From positions 372,001 to 436,000 of the forward strand of contig RSEE01000023.1 of assembly GCA_003971905.1 (NCBI GenBank): DNA of 64,000 nt. The letters run 5' to 3'. Below the pieces are notes generated by a model. It searched no databases. It was not told the DNA's origin and was given only the letters and a program-made list of their open reading frames with translations. A program made the position numbers and the translations under genes. Numbering within the stretch: the first letter of the stretch is position 1; the number at the start of each line of letters is the position of its first letter. The stretch comes from Moniliella sp. 'wahieum' (lineage: Eukaryota). Positions 1 to 12,713 of the stretch are shown here, in pieces.

Positions 1-982
1 GCTCGGGCCTCTGGTCAGTGGGGCAATCTCCGTAACAGGCACCAGTTGGAGGTGGTCATTCTGGGTGGCGACGATGTTCAGTGGGAGTATGGGTGTTATC
101 GCCGTCTTCTGTGTGAGAGAGACGTATGCTCCCATTCTATTAGTTCAGAAGGCGAAACGGTTACGAAAAGAGTCGCAAACAACAGTAAGATATGTAGCAC
201 CAATGGAGCTGGTGCCACTCAAACCCAGGGAATTGTTGAGCAAGACGCTTCTCAAGCCTTTTATCATGTTGGTCCAAGAGCCTATGCTAGTTGGCTGCAC
301 ATTTTGTTGAGCTATGCTTTTGGTCTCCTCTACCTCATCTTTGAGTTTTATTCGTCGTACCGGGAAATTTACGGGCTAAACCCATTACAAGAGGCGCTAT
401 GCTTTCTTCCTTATCTGGTCGGATCCCCCTCTCCTGCGTCGCATTCTACACGATCGTCGCGCGGTACCAACGCGATCTGGATGCCGCCAAGGCCAAGGAC
501 CCAGACGCCAAGCTTCCTCCCGAAAAGCGATTACCCATCGTACTCGTATGTGGGCCATGCATGGCTATAAGTTTCTTTTGGTTCGGCTGGGCCAGTTACA
601 AAAAAGCGTACGGCCCTCTCCCCCCACTCTTTCTCTTCAGAACAAAAGTCTAACCAATGGACTGCTGTACAGGACGTTATGGGCGCCACTATTTAGTGGA
701 CTGCCACTCGGGTTTGGCATTGCAAGTGTCTTTCTGGGCACCATGAACTATCTTGTGGAAACCTACCGTTCCCACAGTGCGATCGCTCTTGCGGCCCAAA
801 CCACGGTTCGGTGTTTGGTAGGCGGCGGGTTCATTCTGTTTGCAAACCAAATGAAGGCGCGCTTGGGAGTTCATTGGGCGTCCTCCCTGTTGGGCTTTTT
901 GGCACTGCTTCTAACCCCCATTCCGTTTGTTTTGTGGTTGTATGGAGCCAAGCTCCGGTCTTGGTCCAGATTTGCCTTCTAA
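1..982 (+). CDS. MFS transporter, DHA1 drug:H+ antiporter family, 3' part (5' end outside the window; introns and indels)
   Basis: Fragments with DHA1 motifs: RETYAPILL..KAKRLRKE, LLKPFIMLVQEPML, PPEKRLP..FFWFGWAS, NYLVETY..SAIALAAQTTVRC, LGVHWASSLLGFLALLLTPIPFVLWLYGAKLRSWSRFA*; intron GTACGG..CTAAC..CAG at ~608-671. Confidence 0.9.
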
Positions 983-1556
983 CCTTGCGACCACTCACGC
1001 CCCTGGCCCGCATATTACCCTGCTTTTGGGATTCTATATACCCTGTCGTATTCACCAAATATATGGCAGGAGCTGCCGCTGTCATATTGAGCGGTTTCTT
1101 TATCTCTAATACTCTATCGGAAGAGACAATATATCAACCCACTGCATTGGAAAACAGGGAACCTACCCCCCAAGGGAAAGATGGGCCAAAACCCTCTGGC
1201 GCGCCTGGGGGAAGAAATTTTCGGGGTGAGGGAGGCGGGGAGTGCGCGTAGCACAGCCTCAGACAGGCTCCCCGACCAGTCTTCGCCTCTGAGAGACCTG
1301 AGATGTGAGAATCGCACCGTCGTTGACTCTTTTATTATTGTGGCCATCTTCATGTTTTCGTGTATCGGTGCCACCACTCTGATGCTCGGGTTTTTGTACT
1401 CTAAGTTCTTCATAAGGGGTTTCTACTCAGTACGTACTTTCATTCTCGCCTGTAAGCTTCTGTGTATCGGAGTGGATCTGAGGTCTGTGCCGATAAACTA
1501 GTACTACACAACTATGAGCTCCTGCTGTAGCCCATATCACATCCGATCAGTATGTC

Positions 1557-2001
1557 CTAGTGGCGTGACGCGTGACGTCTGATGAAGCAAGTTGCATGTG
1601 ATGCACATGATGGAACCCGTCCATGTGCAGGACCATCGATCATCGACCCGTCCTCAGGACTGAGTGTACTCAGGGTACTAGCTGTACTCCAGCTGAGGCC
1701 CTGAGGCCTGAGGCTCAGCCGGAGCAGAGATCTCAGACTGAGAGCTACCAGCTGTTGCTCCGGCGTGGCAACCATGTGATGTTGTGATATACCGATGATA
1801 TGATGGGTGCGGTATATGTGACACTACGCCATGCGTCTTGCACTTGTGTGACAAAAGCGAATGTGGTTAGTGGGGCCTGGGGGGCACAGATAACATACGG
1901 CACACCCGCCGACGAGAGACGAGGCGGAGCACAAGGGGCAACAGGCATAGCATGTAACATGGTAACATGGGGCAAGAGCACTGTTACCATGTAAGGCCTA
2001 A
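1557..2001. repeat. Cluster of TNA-[4-bp palindrome]-TNA heptamer units
   Basis: TGA.CGCG.TGA 1566-1575; TGA.GGCC.TGA 1702-1711; CATG.TAA.CATG ~1951-1961; TAA.GGCC.TAA 1992-2001. Confidence 0.75.
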
Positions 2002-2569
2002 GGACTCTATACTATTGGTCTACTAACACATTCTATAGCAGCAGAGATCCTTCAGAGAAATAAATGAGAAGACATATCCGGGTTGGAGCCCAGAGGTTGG
2101 AAATATTGGACCAAGCTGCACGCGTTGAACATGTTGAATGAACTGAGGATCTGAGCGCCATATATCGATCAACCCGCCAAAAACATTGCCCAAAAACGCT
2201 CTGATCAGCAGCGCTCTCTGAGGATCGATGACCGACCTGAAGCCAATACAACCGGTGTGACTGGTGACTGGCGAACAGAGAGTGTCGTCAGCGCGCCAGG
2301 AGCAGCGGCCCCAGCACTCCCAGTGGTGTCGGATCGCTTACGACTATTAAAGTACGCGGTTTTATATATTAAGAGGGTTAGTGCTTAGTACGCGTTAATA
2401 CCCATCACCTTTCCAAGGCTGTTGCAGCCATAATGCATTGCATGTAACATGTACCAGGCGATTGCGGCGCTCGCATCAGAGCTCGCATCCTCCGCTGAAA
2501 ATCGAAGTGTTCATCGCGTTCAGCAAACCCGCAGCGAGTTCATGAAGATCAACAACACATCTCCATCAT

Positions 2570-4990
2570 CGCGTCTAACGCGTTAAAAAGATGTGTTCAA
2601 ACGTGGTTGGGTACGCGTTTAGAATACCCGACCCACGTTCAAGATTTCAAACGTTCCCTCCGATTTCTGTCCGAGCTCTGAGAACCCCGATTTCAGAGTC
2701 AAGCTTGAACGTTTTAAAAGTTTACTGTTTACGCGTTACGTTTACCGATTAACGTTTAACTTTTCCGTTTAACCCGTGTGGCGCGCGCCATATATGCATC
2801 TGCCGAGCAATATCCCGCAGTGGCGGGTGGCGCATGGGGAAGAGTGGCGGGGGAGATCGGGGAACGAGACAAAGAGTGGAAACACCTATTTGGTTCTGGG
2901 CGCATCAACGCATCACCGTCACAGGCGTCACTCACGTCACTGGCACGCCGAACATCAGCATCAAAAGTGTTTGACAACAAGTTGGCGTATCTGTAGCGCT
3001 GTGCTTGATATTAGGCTCAGTACACTCCATCTGAGATCTGATGGGTCTGATGGTGCTGACGCGCCTGACGCGCGCTGCGTCCCAGCTGACCCAACAGCCG
3101 ACGTCAGCGTCAGAGGCTCTTGTATTAACCTGGTCCTGCTGGCTTGCCCAGTTGCTCTCGCTCGTGCACCCTGGATGGGATGGGATCGGGGCGAGGCAAT
3201 TCAAAGGCTTTGCAATGGCTCCAAGCCGAGCAGGCCGGCGCTATATCCAGTTGCATTGTTATGCATGTTACGTTCACGTTCAATGTTCATGGTAATAATG
3301 ACGGTGACATTGTGACATAGGGCAGGACGTGTCACTTTCACTACATCACTGCACTGGCCACAACAGTGAAGCTAGTGACTAGTGAAGCTTGAAGCTTGAA
3401 GTAAGAATGGCGAACAATAACTTGTTCCTTGCCTGGTGGCGGTCCCAACAGCACGCGGGTTAGCCGGTCAAGGCCGGCCGGTCAAGCTTCAAGCTGGACA
3501 AGCTTCAAGCTTCAAGCTCTTCAAGCTGCAAGGCCCAAGGCACACCACCATACGAAAAGCAGAGGGTAAAACATGCAATACACAGTCTGTGAATATGAGC
3601 TTTTCCAACAAAAGCAGTAATTATCAGTTGCTCAGATTCAGCATTACCTATGACTCAGTTTCTCTCATATACGCTCTCGGTACACCCACACAACCATGCA
3701 GCAACAGTCCTTCGTCAGCAGGCCGGCTGAGCGCGCGCGCGCGCTGAACGACTGAGCCGCTGAGTGCTGGAGGCCTGAAGCAAGTTGGGGCATGAAGATG
3801 GCGGGGCAAGATGACCGGGGGATATGCAAGTGGCATTAAATATTGAACGCTGAAGCTTGCAGCTTGAAGCTCGAGACGTTGTTGAAGAACGACTGTCAAG
3901 CGCAGGCCTTTTATAGACCAGCTTCAGATTCAGTCAGACGTTCAGTTCTTCTCACACGTTACGCGTTACCGCGGCCTTACTGGGTTACACGTTACGCGTT
4001 ACGTACGACACCATAGGCATAATACGATGCCGCTTGCAATTTGGGATGGGATTGAATGGGGCGGGGAGGCAGTGTGCGGGCCCATTCGGAAGGGGCGACA
4101 ACAGGGGGCAAGTGTTGTCCCCCTGAGTATGTGGGCCGGTTAGGCACGGCTGGTGTGGTGGGAGGATGGTGGTCTGTGCGATGGGGGGCCGTGCGTGGGG
4201 GCCCCCATGACTCGGATCGCTGGTGGAGACAGAGGTGAAACTGACGCCGTGCGGCTGTGGGGGGCACATGATCCCGATGTGGCCTGCTGTGGCTTTGGCG
4301 TTGGAACGGAATGGGTGAGGGGTAGGCCGTAGGGCAGCGAAGGGACTGCCATAGGGACTTGCGAAGCTAATGATGATAGGAATAGTGAGTAAGTTGCAGG
4401 TGCCATGCACCATGTGACATGTGACATGTAGCACATGTGGCATGTGGTTGTGAGTACGTGGGTATGAGAGTACGAATACTGGGTACTGCGTCCAGTACTG
4501 AGCTACTCAGACTGACTTCTCAGAGATCTCGGATCTCGATCTCATTACTGAGTCTCAGTACCGTGTGAGTTGTGAGTACAGTTCGGTGTTCAGCGGTTCA
4601 GCGCGTTGAACACGTTGAACGTTTAGTACGTTGTTAATCGATAATCGATAATCGAATAATCGTTGACCGAACCGTTGCGTACGAGTACACTGGGTACGTT
4701 AGGCAGACTGGCTAGAGTGGGGGTGTGACATGTGACAACAGCGCCCAGTGCACTCGGTGGTCGTAGGGCTTGCGTGAGTGTGTGAGTGTGAGCGGCGCAT
4801 GTGCCGGTTGTTGGCATGGCCGCCGTTTCGGAGCTCCTTTACTCGATCACTAGTCACTAGGTCACTAGGAATACTGAGGTCTGAGGCTCAGACCACCGGT
4901 CACCGGTCAGCCGGTCAGGCCTGAGCCTCAGGGCCCAGGCCACAGTGCCTCAGTGCCTCAGTGAACGTTCAGGCGTGCAGGCCTGAGACC
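2570..4990. repeat. Long region with many TNA-palindrome heptamer clusters, upstream of the C2H2 TF
   Basis: TAA.CGCG.TTA 2576; TCA.AGCT.TGA.ACGT 2699-2712; TGA.GATC.TGA 3032; CTAG.TGA.CTAG.TGA.AGCT.TGA.AGCT.TGA 3372-3399; CATG.TGA.CATG.TGA.CATG 4411-4428; (TAA.TCGA)x3 4635-4655; TCA.CTAG.TCA.CTAG 4847-4860; CCGG.TCA.GGCC.TGA 4911-4924. Confidence 0.85.
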
Positions 4991-5181
4991 ATGGTAGCTA
5001 GGAAAGCCTCGTCGAAAACAAAGCCAAGCGAAACAGCGCCGAGTGGCGGTGTCCGCCGGGAAGATGACTAGCGCTGGTCCGTGGCCGCCCGGCAAATGCC
5101 TACGCCCTCCGGCATCGCCCATTCTCCCATCGCATCAACGTTCAACAACACACCTAGCTTGTGACGCTCGAACCCAGCTGC

Positions 5182-6287
5182 ATGTCCTCTGTCGGTGCCC
5201 TGCTCGCCTCCCCGCCGCCACCTGCTGCCATGTTCGAACGCCCCTCATTGGCTCCCCCACGGCCCGGCCTCGGTGCACTGTCCACCCCTTCCGAATCCAG
5301 CCGCACCCCCAGTGCCAGTACCAGCACCAGTAGCAACACCAGCACCGCCGCCACTACACCCTCGACACGCGCCAACGCCAATCCCAGTGCCAACGCCGGG
5401 GCCATCGCTTGCAACAGCCCTTCCGATTTCCCTCCTCCCCATCTCCGAGCACCCTTTCCGGCTCGTAACCCCGACCCAACTCTGCCTCCACCTCCGCTGC
5501 CGCCCCATGACACGCCTACTTCTGGGTCGCGATGGATCCATCCCTTGCAATGCAGGGACACACAGAAGAGATGTTCATTGCATATGCCAGTCTATCCACC
5601 TCCCCACCGACCACGCCTAAGCAACCCGGCCCAATATTCGCTCACTTCACCTCCGCCACGTTGGCACCCGTTACCCCCCCCATCAAAAAGGTTGGCGTGA
5701 CCATTGCGATTCACCTGGGCGCCAATGGGAGTCCTTACCGCGCTTGCCGCCCCTTCGCCATGCCCACCATCTTGCTCTCCCACAGGAGAGGGAAGGCGGA
5801 CGACCGCGGCCTACTGGCTTGCCCATCGGCTTCGACCACCCGCGCCCGGACCCGTCCCCTCCTCTTGCTCATCCTCGTTGTCAACCCTACCCTCCATCAC
5901 CCAGTTCCAGTTATCCCCCACAGCGCGAGGGAAAGCGTCCACGTTTCACCTCCGACTCGGAACCAAGCCCTTGGGACACACAGGATCCCCCGCCCCCTCG
6001 TCACAGGAGCCAGCATTTGCACCTACCACCACCCATTGACCGATGCTTACTGTGGCACCCACTTCAATCGTCTTTACGATCTCTCCCGTCACCGCCAGAT
6101 CCATGCGCGCGAAGAAGGCCGAGCGATCGCGGCCGGTTTGTTGAGGCGCGATCAAGCCTTGGTGTGGGGTAAAGAAGTCGACCCTACTTCCTCTGGTGTG
6201 ACCAAGGAATGGTGCTGTCAAGAATGTCAATCGGTGTTCTCCCGAAAAGATGCACTGCTCCGCCACAAACGGCTTCGGGCCCATTGA
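5182..6287 (+). CDS. C2H2 zinc-finger transcription factor (Pro/Ser-rich N-terminus, two C-terminal fingers; indels)
   Basis: CTY..CGTHFNRLYDLSRHRQIH and CQECQSVFSRKDALLRHKRLRAH* in ORF 5532-6287; probable ATG at 5182 in the overlapping frame. Confidence 0.8.
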
Positions 6288-7300
6288 ATACAAATCCCCC
6301 TTCTCTCTCTCTTCCCCTTCCCTTTTGCCCCCTTCTCCTGCTGCTTTGCCCAGCACGGGGCCCGCTCAGCTGCCCTATATCAGCTGCCCAGCAACTTGCA
6401 TGCATCTGGTATTATGCATCATGTGCGTATAGTATGGTCTTTCGCAGCCCCCCGCGTCAGTTAGTTTTTTGTCTGGCTCATATACCTACGGCCTCAGCCC
6501 GCACTCTTCGTTGCTGTACAGCAAAGCTTTGGAGATTTCGTCTGTGACAGGCTAATCCTCGCTGAAGAATTGAACGAGAGAAAGCGTGTGCTGGAGTTTT
6601 TGTACGGAACAGTATCTTTCTCCCATCAATATCATCAATCTGGCTACCGTTGCGACCATATCAAAGTAGAGTCCATTAGCATGGCAGTGGATCTATACTT
6701 TTCTACACCACTGACCATCGATATGAGAGCTGGTCAGCCTCCTGTGTGCTTGTTGTTTCCTGTTTCCGGGACATGCATGTTCGCCACAGCTCGTTCAAAA
6801 CGACAAGCACGCCGGACATGTGAGCTCCAGCAGGGTACGCAGAATAACGAGGACAAAACCTTTTGATATGTGGTCAAAGATGAAGCTACTAACTGGTACT
6901 ACATGAATGCAGCGTTGAAGGATGCGTGCGGGGTTGATGCGCGCTGATGGCCCTGAATTAGATGCAATGGCTCTGCAACTCAATACCTGGCAACGACACT
7001 ATGGTGATGTAGACGGGGTGAGTTACGACTAGTTCTCCGGCACCGACACGGGGAGGGGAAAAGGCGAGAAAGAAATAAGGTGAATAAACATACTCTGTTG
7101 GTGGCTGGTGTAGCCCCGCTCTGCTATCGACTAGATACCCCTGTTAAAGCTGTGCCCACAACAATGCATCGTACGTCGTCAGTTACGGCCGCCGACCATC
7201 GTGGCAGATTCAGTGGTATAGCATCCATTTGTTATGACAACCAGGGAATCTAGAATCTTGCGCGTAGCGGTGGTAATGTTCTCTGGACTCAAGATACTGC

Positions 7301-8641
7301 TCAAAAGCCCAGGTTGATCGATCCTACCCCAGCCGACAGCTCCGCATCAGCGGGGAGATATCTACCTTCGGGCGAGTTGAGTGGGTGTGAGGTAAAGAAG
7401 ACAGAGCCCGTATAGCTCTCACCTGGCACAACGCGCTGGTGGTCCAACGCCCAGTCGCGCTCGCCCCGATGCCTCCACGAAAGGTTCACCGAGCCCGTCT
7501 TGGCTGCTGCCTTGACCAGCCCGGCGAACGACTCGTTGTACGTCACATTCACTGAGCCCACATCGGATTGGATCTTGGATGTCCAAACCTGTGCCAAGGT
7601 GCCAGTGGGGTCCTGATTTTCGCACCCAAACTTGTCTTTGAACGTAACCTGAACTTGTCCGGTATGCGCAACCGCACCCACCCGCACTGCTGCCCCCTTC
7701 TCGGCCGAGAAGGTCACGGGCGTTACATGGCCAAGTATGACCGAACCCTTGTCCGTCTCGACGAAGAGATCCTGGGCCACGACTTGTCCGTGCACCTCGA
7801 TCGTTCCCAGGTTGGATGTGAGCTTGGCAATGGGCGCATACCGAGGCGAGACGAATGCTGCCTTTGTCGGACGACACCTGAGCCGAGGAAATGGCATGCA
7901 CAGCGTTTCCGTTGATTGACCCCAGTTTGGACTCAATCACCATATCCTGTGCGTAGAGGGCTTGCTTGAACAAGACCGAGCCCGTCTCGGCCACGATACG
8001 CGTATATGCAGCAGTAGGATTGACACCCGTGAAAGTAACGCTACCGATCGTTGCATGAACCTGGACCACGTCTGCAGTAACCCCCAGATCGGCCGAGGAG
8101 ACCGAGCCTTCATCTGAAAGGATATCGAGGGTGCCTAGCGCCCCCTCGGCACGGGGGAGACGCGCCTTGACCGTAACTGCGATCTTGGGCTTGAGCGCAG
8201 GGAAAGGAGTATGCGGGTCCGAGTAAACCCCAATCCTAATCCAACCATCTTGGGTTTGCAGCTGCACCACCCGCAGCTCCTCCTCCAGCGTCGCCTCCTT
8301 ATCCGCCCACGCTTCAACATCTACAAAGGTCTTACCGGACCAGCCAGTTCCGGGTCCCGTTCCGACCAAGTCAATGTTCGTTGTGTGTCGCTTGCCAAGA
8401 GAATGGATCGACAGCCCATTGCTCGTCTTGGCGGAGGGGAGCAGCTCAAACGTGGCCCTCCGCACAAAGGGTCGGCGGGGCCAGAAGCCCTTGCGCTCAA
8501 TAGGGCCCCAGGAGGCTTCGGAAACGAGAATGCCCTCGGACGCAGGTACGTCGGGTCCCTTGTCAGCGGCGCCTTGTTGTCGAAATTGAGCATGATGTGT
8601 GCAGAGTGTGATGGTGGGAGGGATGGTGGTGACGAGCCCAT
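7301..8641 (-). CDS. Beta-strand repeat protein, DUF4097/putative adhesin (toast-rack)-like; frameshifted
   Basis: Repeated x-x-x-G-[ST]-[VI] units across ORFs 7419-8702 and 7301-7936 (SDEGSV, ATIGSV, AETGSV, SKLGSI, SDKGSI, SNLGTI, TDKGSV, SDVGSV, AKTGSV, AGVGSI); start uncertain. Confidence 0.6.
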
Positions 8642-9375
8642 GCCGGTTAAATGTGGATCGTTGCCACCAGGCAGGCACCCAAGCCGAGGACCTCAGAAAC
8701 ACGTCGAAGCGGGAACGTGCGACTCGCAGTCAAATATCAGCCTGCGCGTCACGTGGCGCGTCAATATCAATAGGAGCCAGCCGGCTGGCCTCAGGGGTTC
8801 ACTCTTTCATTATTTCAACGGGGCCATCTGTGCGCTCAGCTGAGCCGCTGAGCGCTATTAAACACAGCTGACTGATGCAATTGGTTGGGAGCTGCGCGAC
8901 TCCCCGATATACCACCCACAGGGACCCCCACGCCGCTGAGCGGCGGCTGAGGCGCTGGCTTGCCTCAAGACGGCTCGTACAAGTCACCCGAGTGGAACGC
9001 GGCGCAGCAGGCGAAGCTGAGGGCGCTGCAGCGGTAGCTGCTTTCTCGGTGAGGGAGAGCATAACGGCGCCATTGACTGGCAGCGTATGTGGGAACACCA
9101 GACTGAAGTATGCTCTCAGACCGAGAAGTACTTGCTTGAAGCTTGACCTACCCTCAGAGAAACTACATAACGTGAGGTGTGAGGTGTGCCGTATGGATGG
9201 CGATGACGCGATGACGCCAAATCGTCGGGCGGCATCCCCGGACTATACCCAAACGTGTTTAATCCTCATGTTCTCGATGAGGGCAACGGATCTGCAGGAG
9301 AATCAAAAGGGCGAGATACGCTCAAAGGTGAAGGTAAAGGTGTACTACATTTGATGAGATTACCCTTAGGTATTC

Positions 9376-9471
9376 GGTCGATTAGCTCAGTTGGTCAGAG
9401 CGTGGTACTAATACGTCCAACTTGGAGTGTTGGTGATGCCAAGGTCATGAGTTCAAGCCTCATATTGACCA
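9376..9471 (+). tRNA. tRNA-Ile(AAT) with 22-nt intron (9414-9435)
   Basis: Acceptor GGTCGAT/ATTGACC+A; D-arm GCTC..GAGC; anticodon stem TGGTA/TGCCA with loop CT-AAT-A[intron]A; T-arm ATGAG-TTCAAGC-CTCAT. Confidence 0.95.
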
Positions 9472-9472
9472 C

Positions 9473-9478
9473 TTTTTT
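9473..9478 (+). terminator. RNA polymerase III terminator (T6)
   Basis: TTTTTT two bases after the tRNA discriminator. Confidence 0.85.
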
Positions 9479-9690
9479 ACATTGGGTACGCTTGATCTGA
9501 AGAAGGCGCCAGCCCTCCGAGTTTCGCTCCCGCTCAGTCATATGGCCATGGTGCATGTGTCTTGCGCATCGCCATATGCATAACCGGTAACCATCGTCTC
9601 ACAAGTGTTCGTCATCGATCATCCGCCATTAGGCCTTAGGCTACAAATAACTGCTCGCGCCTTTGCGTCCACCTGCACCTCAGTCTTTCA

Positions 9691-12600
9691 ATGAGTGTTT
9701 CTGCCAGCATGCTCCCGGTGCCGCTTCTAATGGCGGCTTACATGCGGGATTAGGTAAGCCTAGCCAGGAGGCAGCGGATGGTGTTGCACCGAATGTGATG
9801 TCATCCCAGGCGCCGCAGCGCCGCAGCGCCTCACCAGCCTCACCCCCCCTTGCAGCTGAGCATCTTCCCATTGTGCGGGCGCCAACTTCCCCTCCATCGC
9901 CATGGGTGCATCCGAGCCGTGCTGGACCTGCAGTCGATCCAGTCGCACTCGCCTGAATGGACGCCCGAGCTGCGCTTTGCCGTGTGCCTGGCCACCGCCC
10001 ATGCTGCCCGTGCGTGCTACCACCGCGTAGAGGCCCATGTCGACGCCCTGGAGGACGCACAAGCCTCTGCCCTCCCCGTACCGGGCACAGCGCGGTCCGA
10101 GTACAACCCGCACCATGCCGATGACGAGGCTACACTCGGGATCAAGACGGAACACTTTGAGGAGGAGGGGGAGGATACACGTGATGCTTCCCCTCACCAG
10201 CGCATGATCATGGAACGTGTCCGCCTTCGCCGCCGACACGAGTTTCTTCAAGACTGGGACGAGTTTAGTACCAAGTTCCTCCAAGCTACATGCCAGCACT
10301 TGGGAGTCCCGGTCCATGCCCTTCCTCCCGCTGATGACATGACGGAGGATGAAGTTTTCCGCATTATTCGCGGCGCAGCGCCCGACCCAACCCCGGCATC
10401 TCCGGCGACAACCCTTGTTCCACAGGAGGAGCCCGCTCCTGTAGATGAATCCAACGGCCAGTCTACCGAGTCGAACGACGAGGCAACAGAGGATCCTCCA
10501 TTGGAAAAGATGGAAGACCTGTCATTGGACAATGATGAAGACTCGCTCCAGGAAGCCCCCCGAGCCCATGGACCAGCCCAGCAAGGCATTTAGCGTACCC
10601 CTGGGCCGTCCAGGTCGCCCCCCCCTTCCACCCCCCAAATTCCCATCGAGAACGACACCAAGACCTCTTTTGTACAGGCTGGGCAGGAGGTGGAAATCGT
10701 GCATGAACTCGTGCTTATCGCCCTGGGACTGGGACAGTACCGTGCTTCGGATGGAGCGACAACACTGTTTGAGCAAGATGAACTGTTTCAGGACGAGAAC
10801 AAGGTTGAGGTGCGGGACATGTCCGCATCGCAGACTGCACCCGAGGTGCCACGCCATGCCCGTGGATCCTCTGTGGAGGAAGAAAGCAAGGCCGTGGCGG
10901 AGGTGGCTGCGTTGGAGCCACAGGCCGAGGAGATGCCTTCTTCGGACCTCACTACCCCTGCGGACACTCAAGTCGAAGAGGCCTCGGTCCAGCAGACCGA
11001 ATCGCCCCCTCTTCCCCTGCCCGTCCTTCCGATTTGACTTCGCCCGAATCTGCCCCGACGGAAGAGGGAAACTTCCTCAGTATGCCTCCACTTCCGCCCA
11101 GGACCCCATCTCCCCTGGCCCCCCACACCGATGTGCAAGAAAAGGCGAAGCCCACCCCGCCTCCTCTGCCTCGCGCTTACCTCCTCGGCCATCCGTGCAC
11201 CCGCCTGTGTCTGAGCCCGAGACAGGCGGGAGCTCAGGATGGAAGACGCCCAAGACTCTATTTCTTCGCTCAAATGGGGAAGGGGAGGGAAGAAGGATGC
11301 TACGCCAGAACCAGAAAAGTCCGAGACCCACCCCGCTCCGTCCGAGAAGAGGAGCCGCCATGTCCGAAGCTCAAGGAGCCTGTCAAGCCCAATGAGCTGT
11401 TTCATTACGATGCTCGCTCTCGTGCCATCATCTTCCAGGTGCTGCGGGCTATGGGGTTGGAGAGCGTGTACCTGTACCAGGGGGAAAAAGTGCTGGCTCA
11501 GTCCATCTACTTTTTGGTGCAAGAGTGCCAACGCGCGGAAAACCAGGGTGAGCCCGTGTCGGAGGAGACAAGAGGGGCATGGATGAATGAAGCGAGCACG
11601 AAAGTGCTTGCTCGTGAGCGTAGCAAGGGCAATTGGGGTGGGGAAGTGGGCCGCAGCTGGGGTGGGATTTGCCTGGCGGGTGTGCTAACAGGCGGGCTCG
11701 CAGCCCCGCTCTTGGCCCCGATGATGGTTGGTATGGGTGCCGGTTACCTTGCTACAACAGGTGGCGTGGTTCTCATGGGTACCCTTCTGGGTTTAGGGGG
11801 CGGGGGATTGGCTGGGTACCGTGTGGAACGCCGGCTCAGGGGGTTGGACCGGCTGAAGTTTGACGTGGTTCCGACCCCGGCTGCTGATGCAGGGCTGACG
11901 ATTCCCAGCATGCATGCCACGATCTGTGTGTCGGGACTGCTGACCCAACCGGGGCAACAGACGGACCCATGGAAGCAGGCACTGGCATTCGCCATCCCGA
12001 TCCAAGGGACATTTACGCCGTCGAGTTCGAAACGGACCTGATGGTAGAAGCTGGGACAGGGCTGCAGCGTTACGTGACCAGCCAGCTGATCCGCACCGGT
12101 GGAACGCACGTGGCCACGGAGGTGATCAAGACAACCGCTTTGGCCGGCTTGACAGCCTTGACACTGCCTTTGACCGTTATGAGTGTGGCATCGGCCGCGT
12201 TAGACTCAACATTTGTGCGTGCCAAAACCAAAGCGCATAAGGCCGGCTTGGTTCTAGCTGAGACGCTACGGAACGAGGTGCAGGGGCACCGTCCTGTGGT
12301 CTTGATTGGTGTCTTGGGCGTCACTACGGTCCTATCGGCCCTGGTAGAGCTGGCCAAGAACCCAGGTGCTTCCGCCCAGTTGATCGACTCGGTCTTTCTC
12401 ATCTCGGGGCCTACGGTTCCGAGCACGCGTACGATCAAAAAGGCACGCTCGGTCGTCGCGGCGCTTTGTCAACGCCTACAGCAGCAAGGACATGGTCTGT
12501 GGTGTTGCCGCCTGGCTGGGGTCAGGAAACAACATTGAGGACCTGCGTAACGGCAAGCTGCCGCGCGTCATGGGCTCAGGACCCGTCGACTTGGGCCCCG

Positions 12601-12713
12601 AGGGCGACGTGGAAAATGTGGACGTGTCGGAAGTGGTCTCAAGCCATGAGCAACTGAACCACGAGGGCCATCTAGCGGCGGTGTTGGCGCGGTGCAATGC
12701 GTTTGTAGGGTAG
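9691..12713 (+). CDS. DUF726 (TMCO4-like) alpha/beta-hydrolase-fold membrane protein with long acidic/Pro-rich N-terminal region; intron and indels
   Basis: YDARSR, GVLTGGLAAPLLAP, GGGLAGYRVERRLRG, AKTKAHKAGLVLAETL..QGHRPVVLIG, VENVDVSEVVSSH; probable short intron GTAAGC..CAG at ~9754-9808. Confidence 0.85.

Noticed and set aside
1181..1501. Small membrane protein ORF downstream of the MFS gene
   Set aside because: Has a hydrophobic stretch but no recognisable family or supporting signals.
3372..3399. Transposon excision footprints (TNA duplication flanking 2 bp of each TIR)
   Set aside because: The geometry fits a single unit, but 12+ cores and tandem arrays would need many element families. 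No transposase or TIR element is visible in the window. Kept only as a weak alternative.
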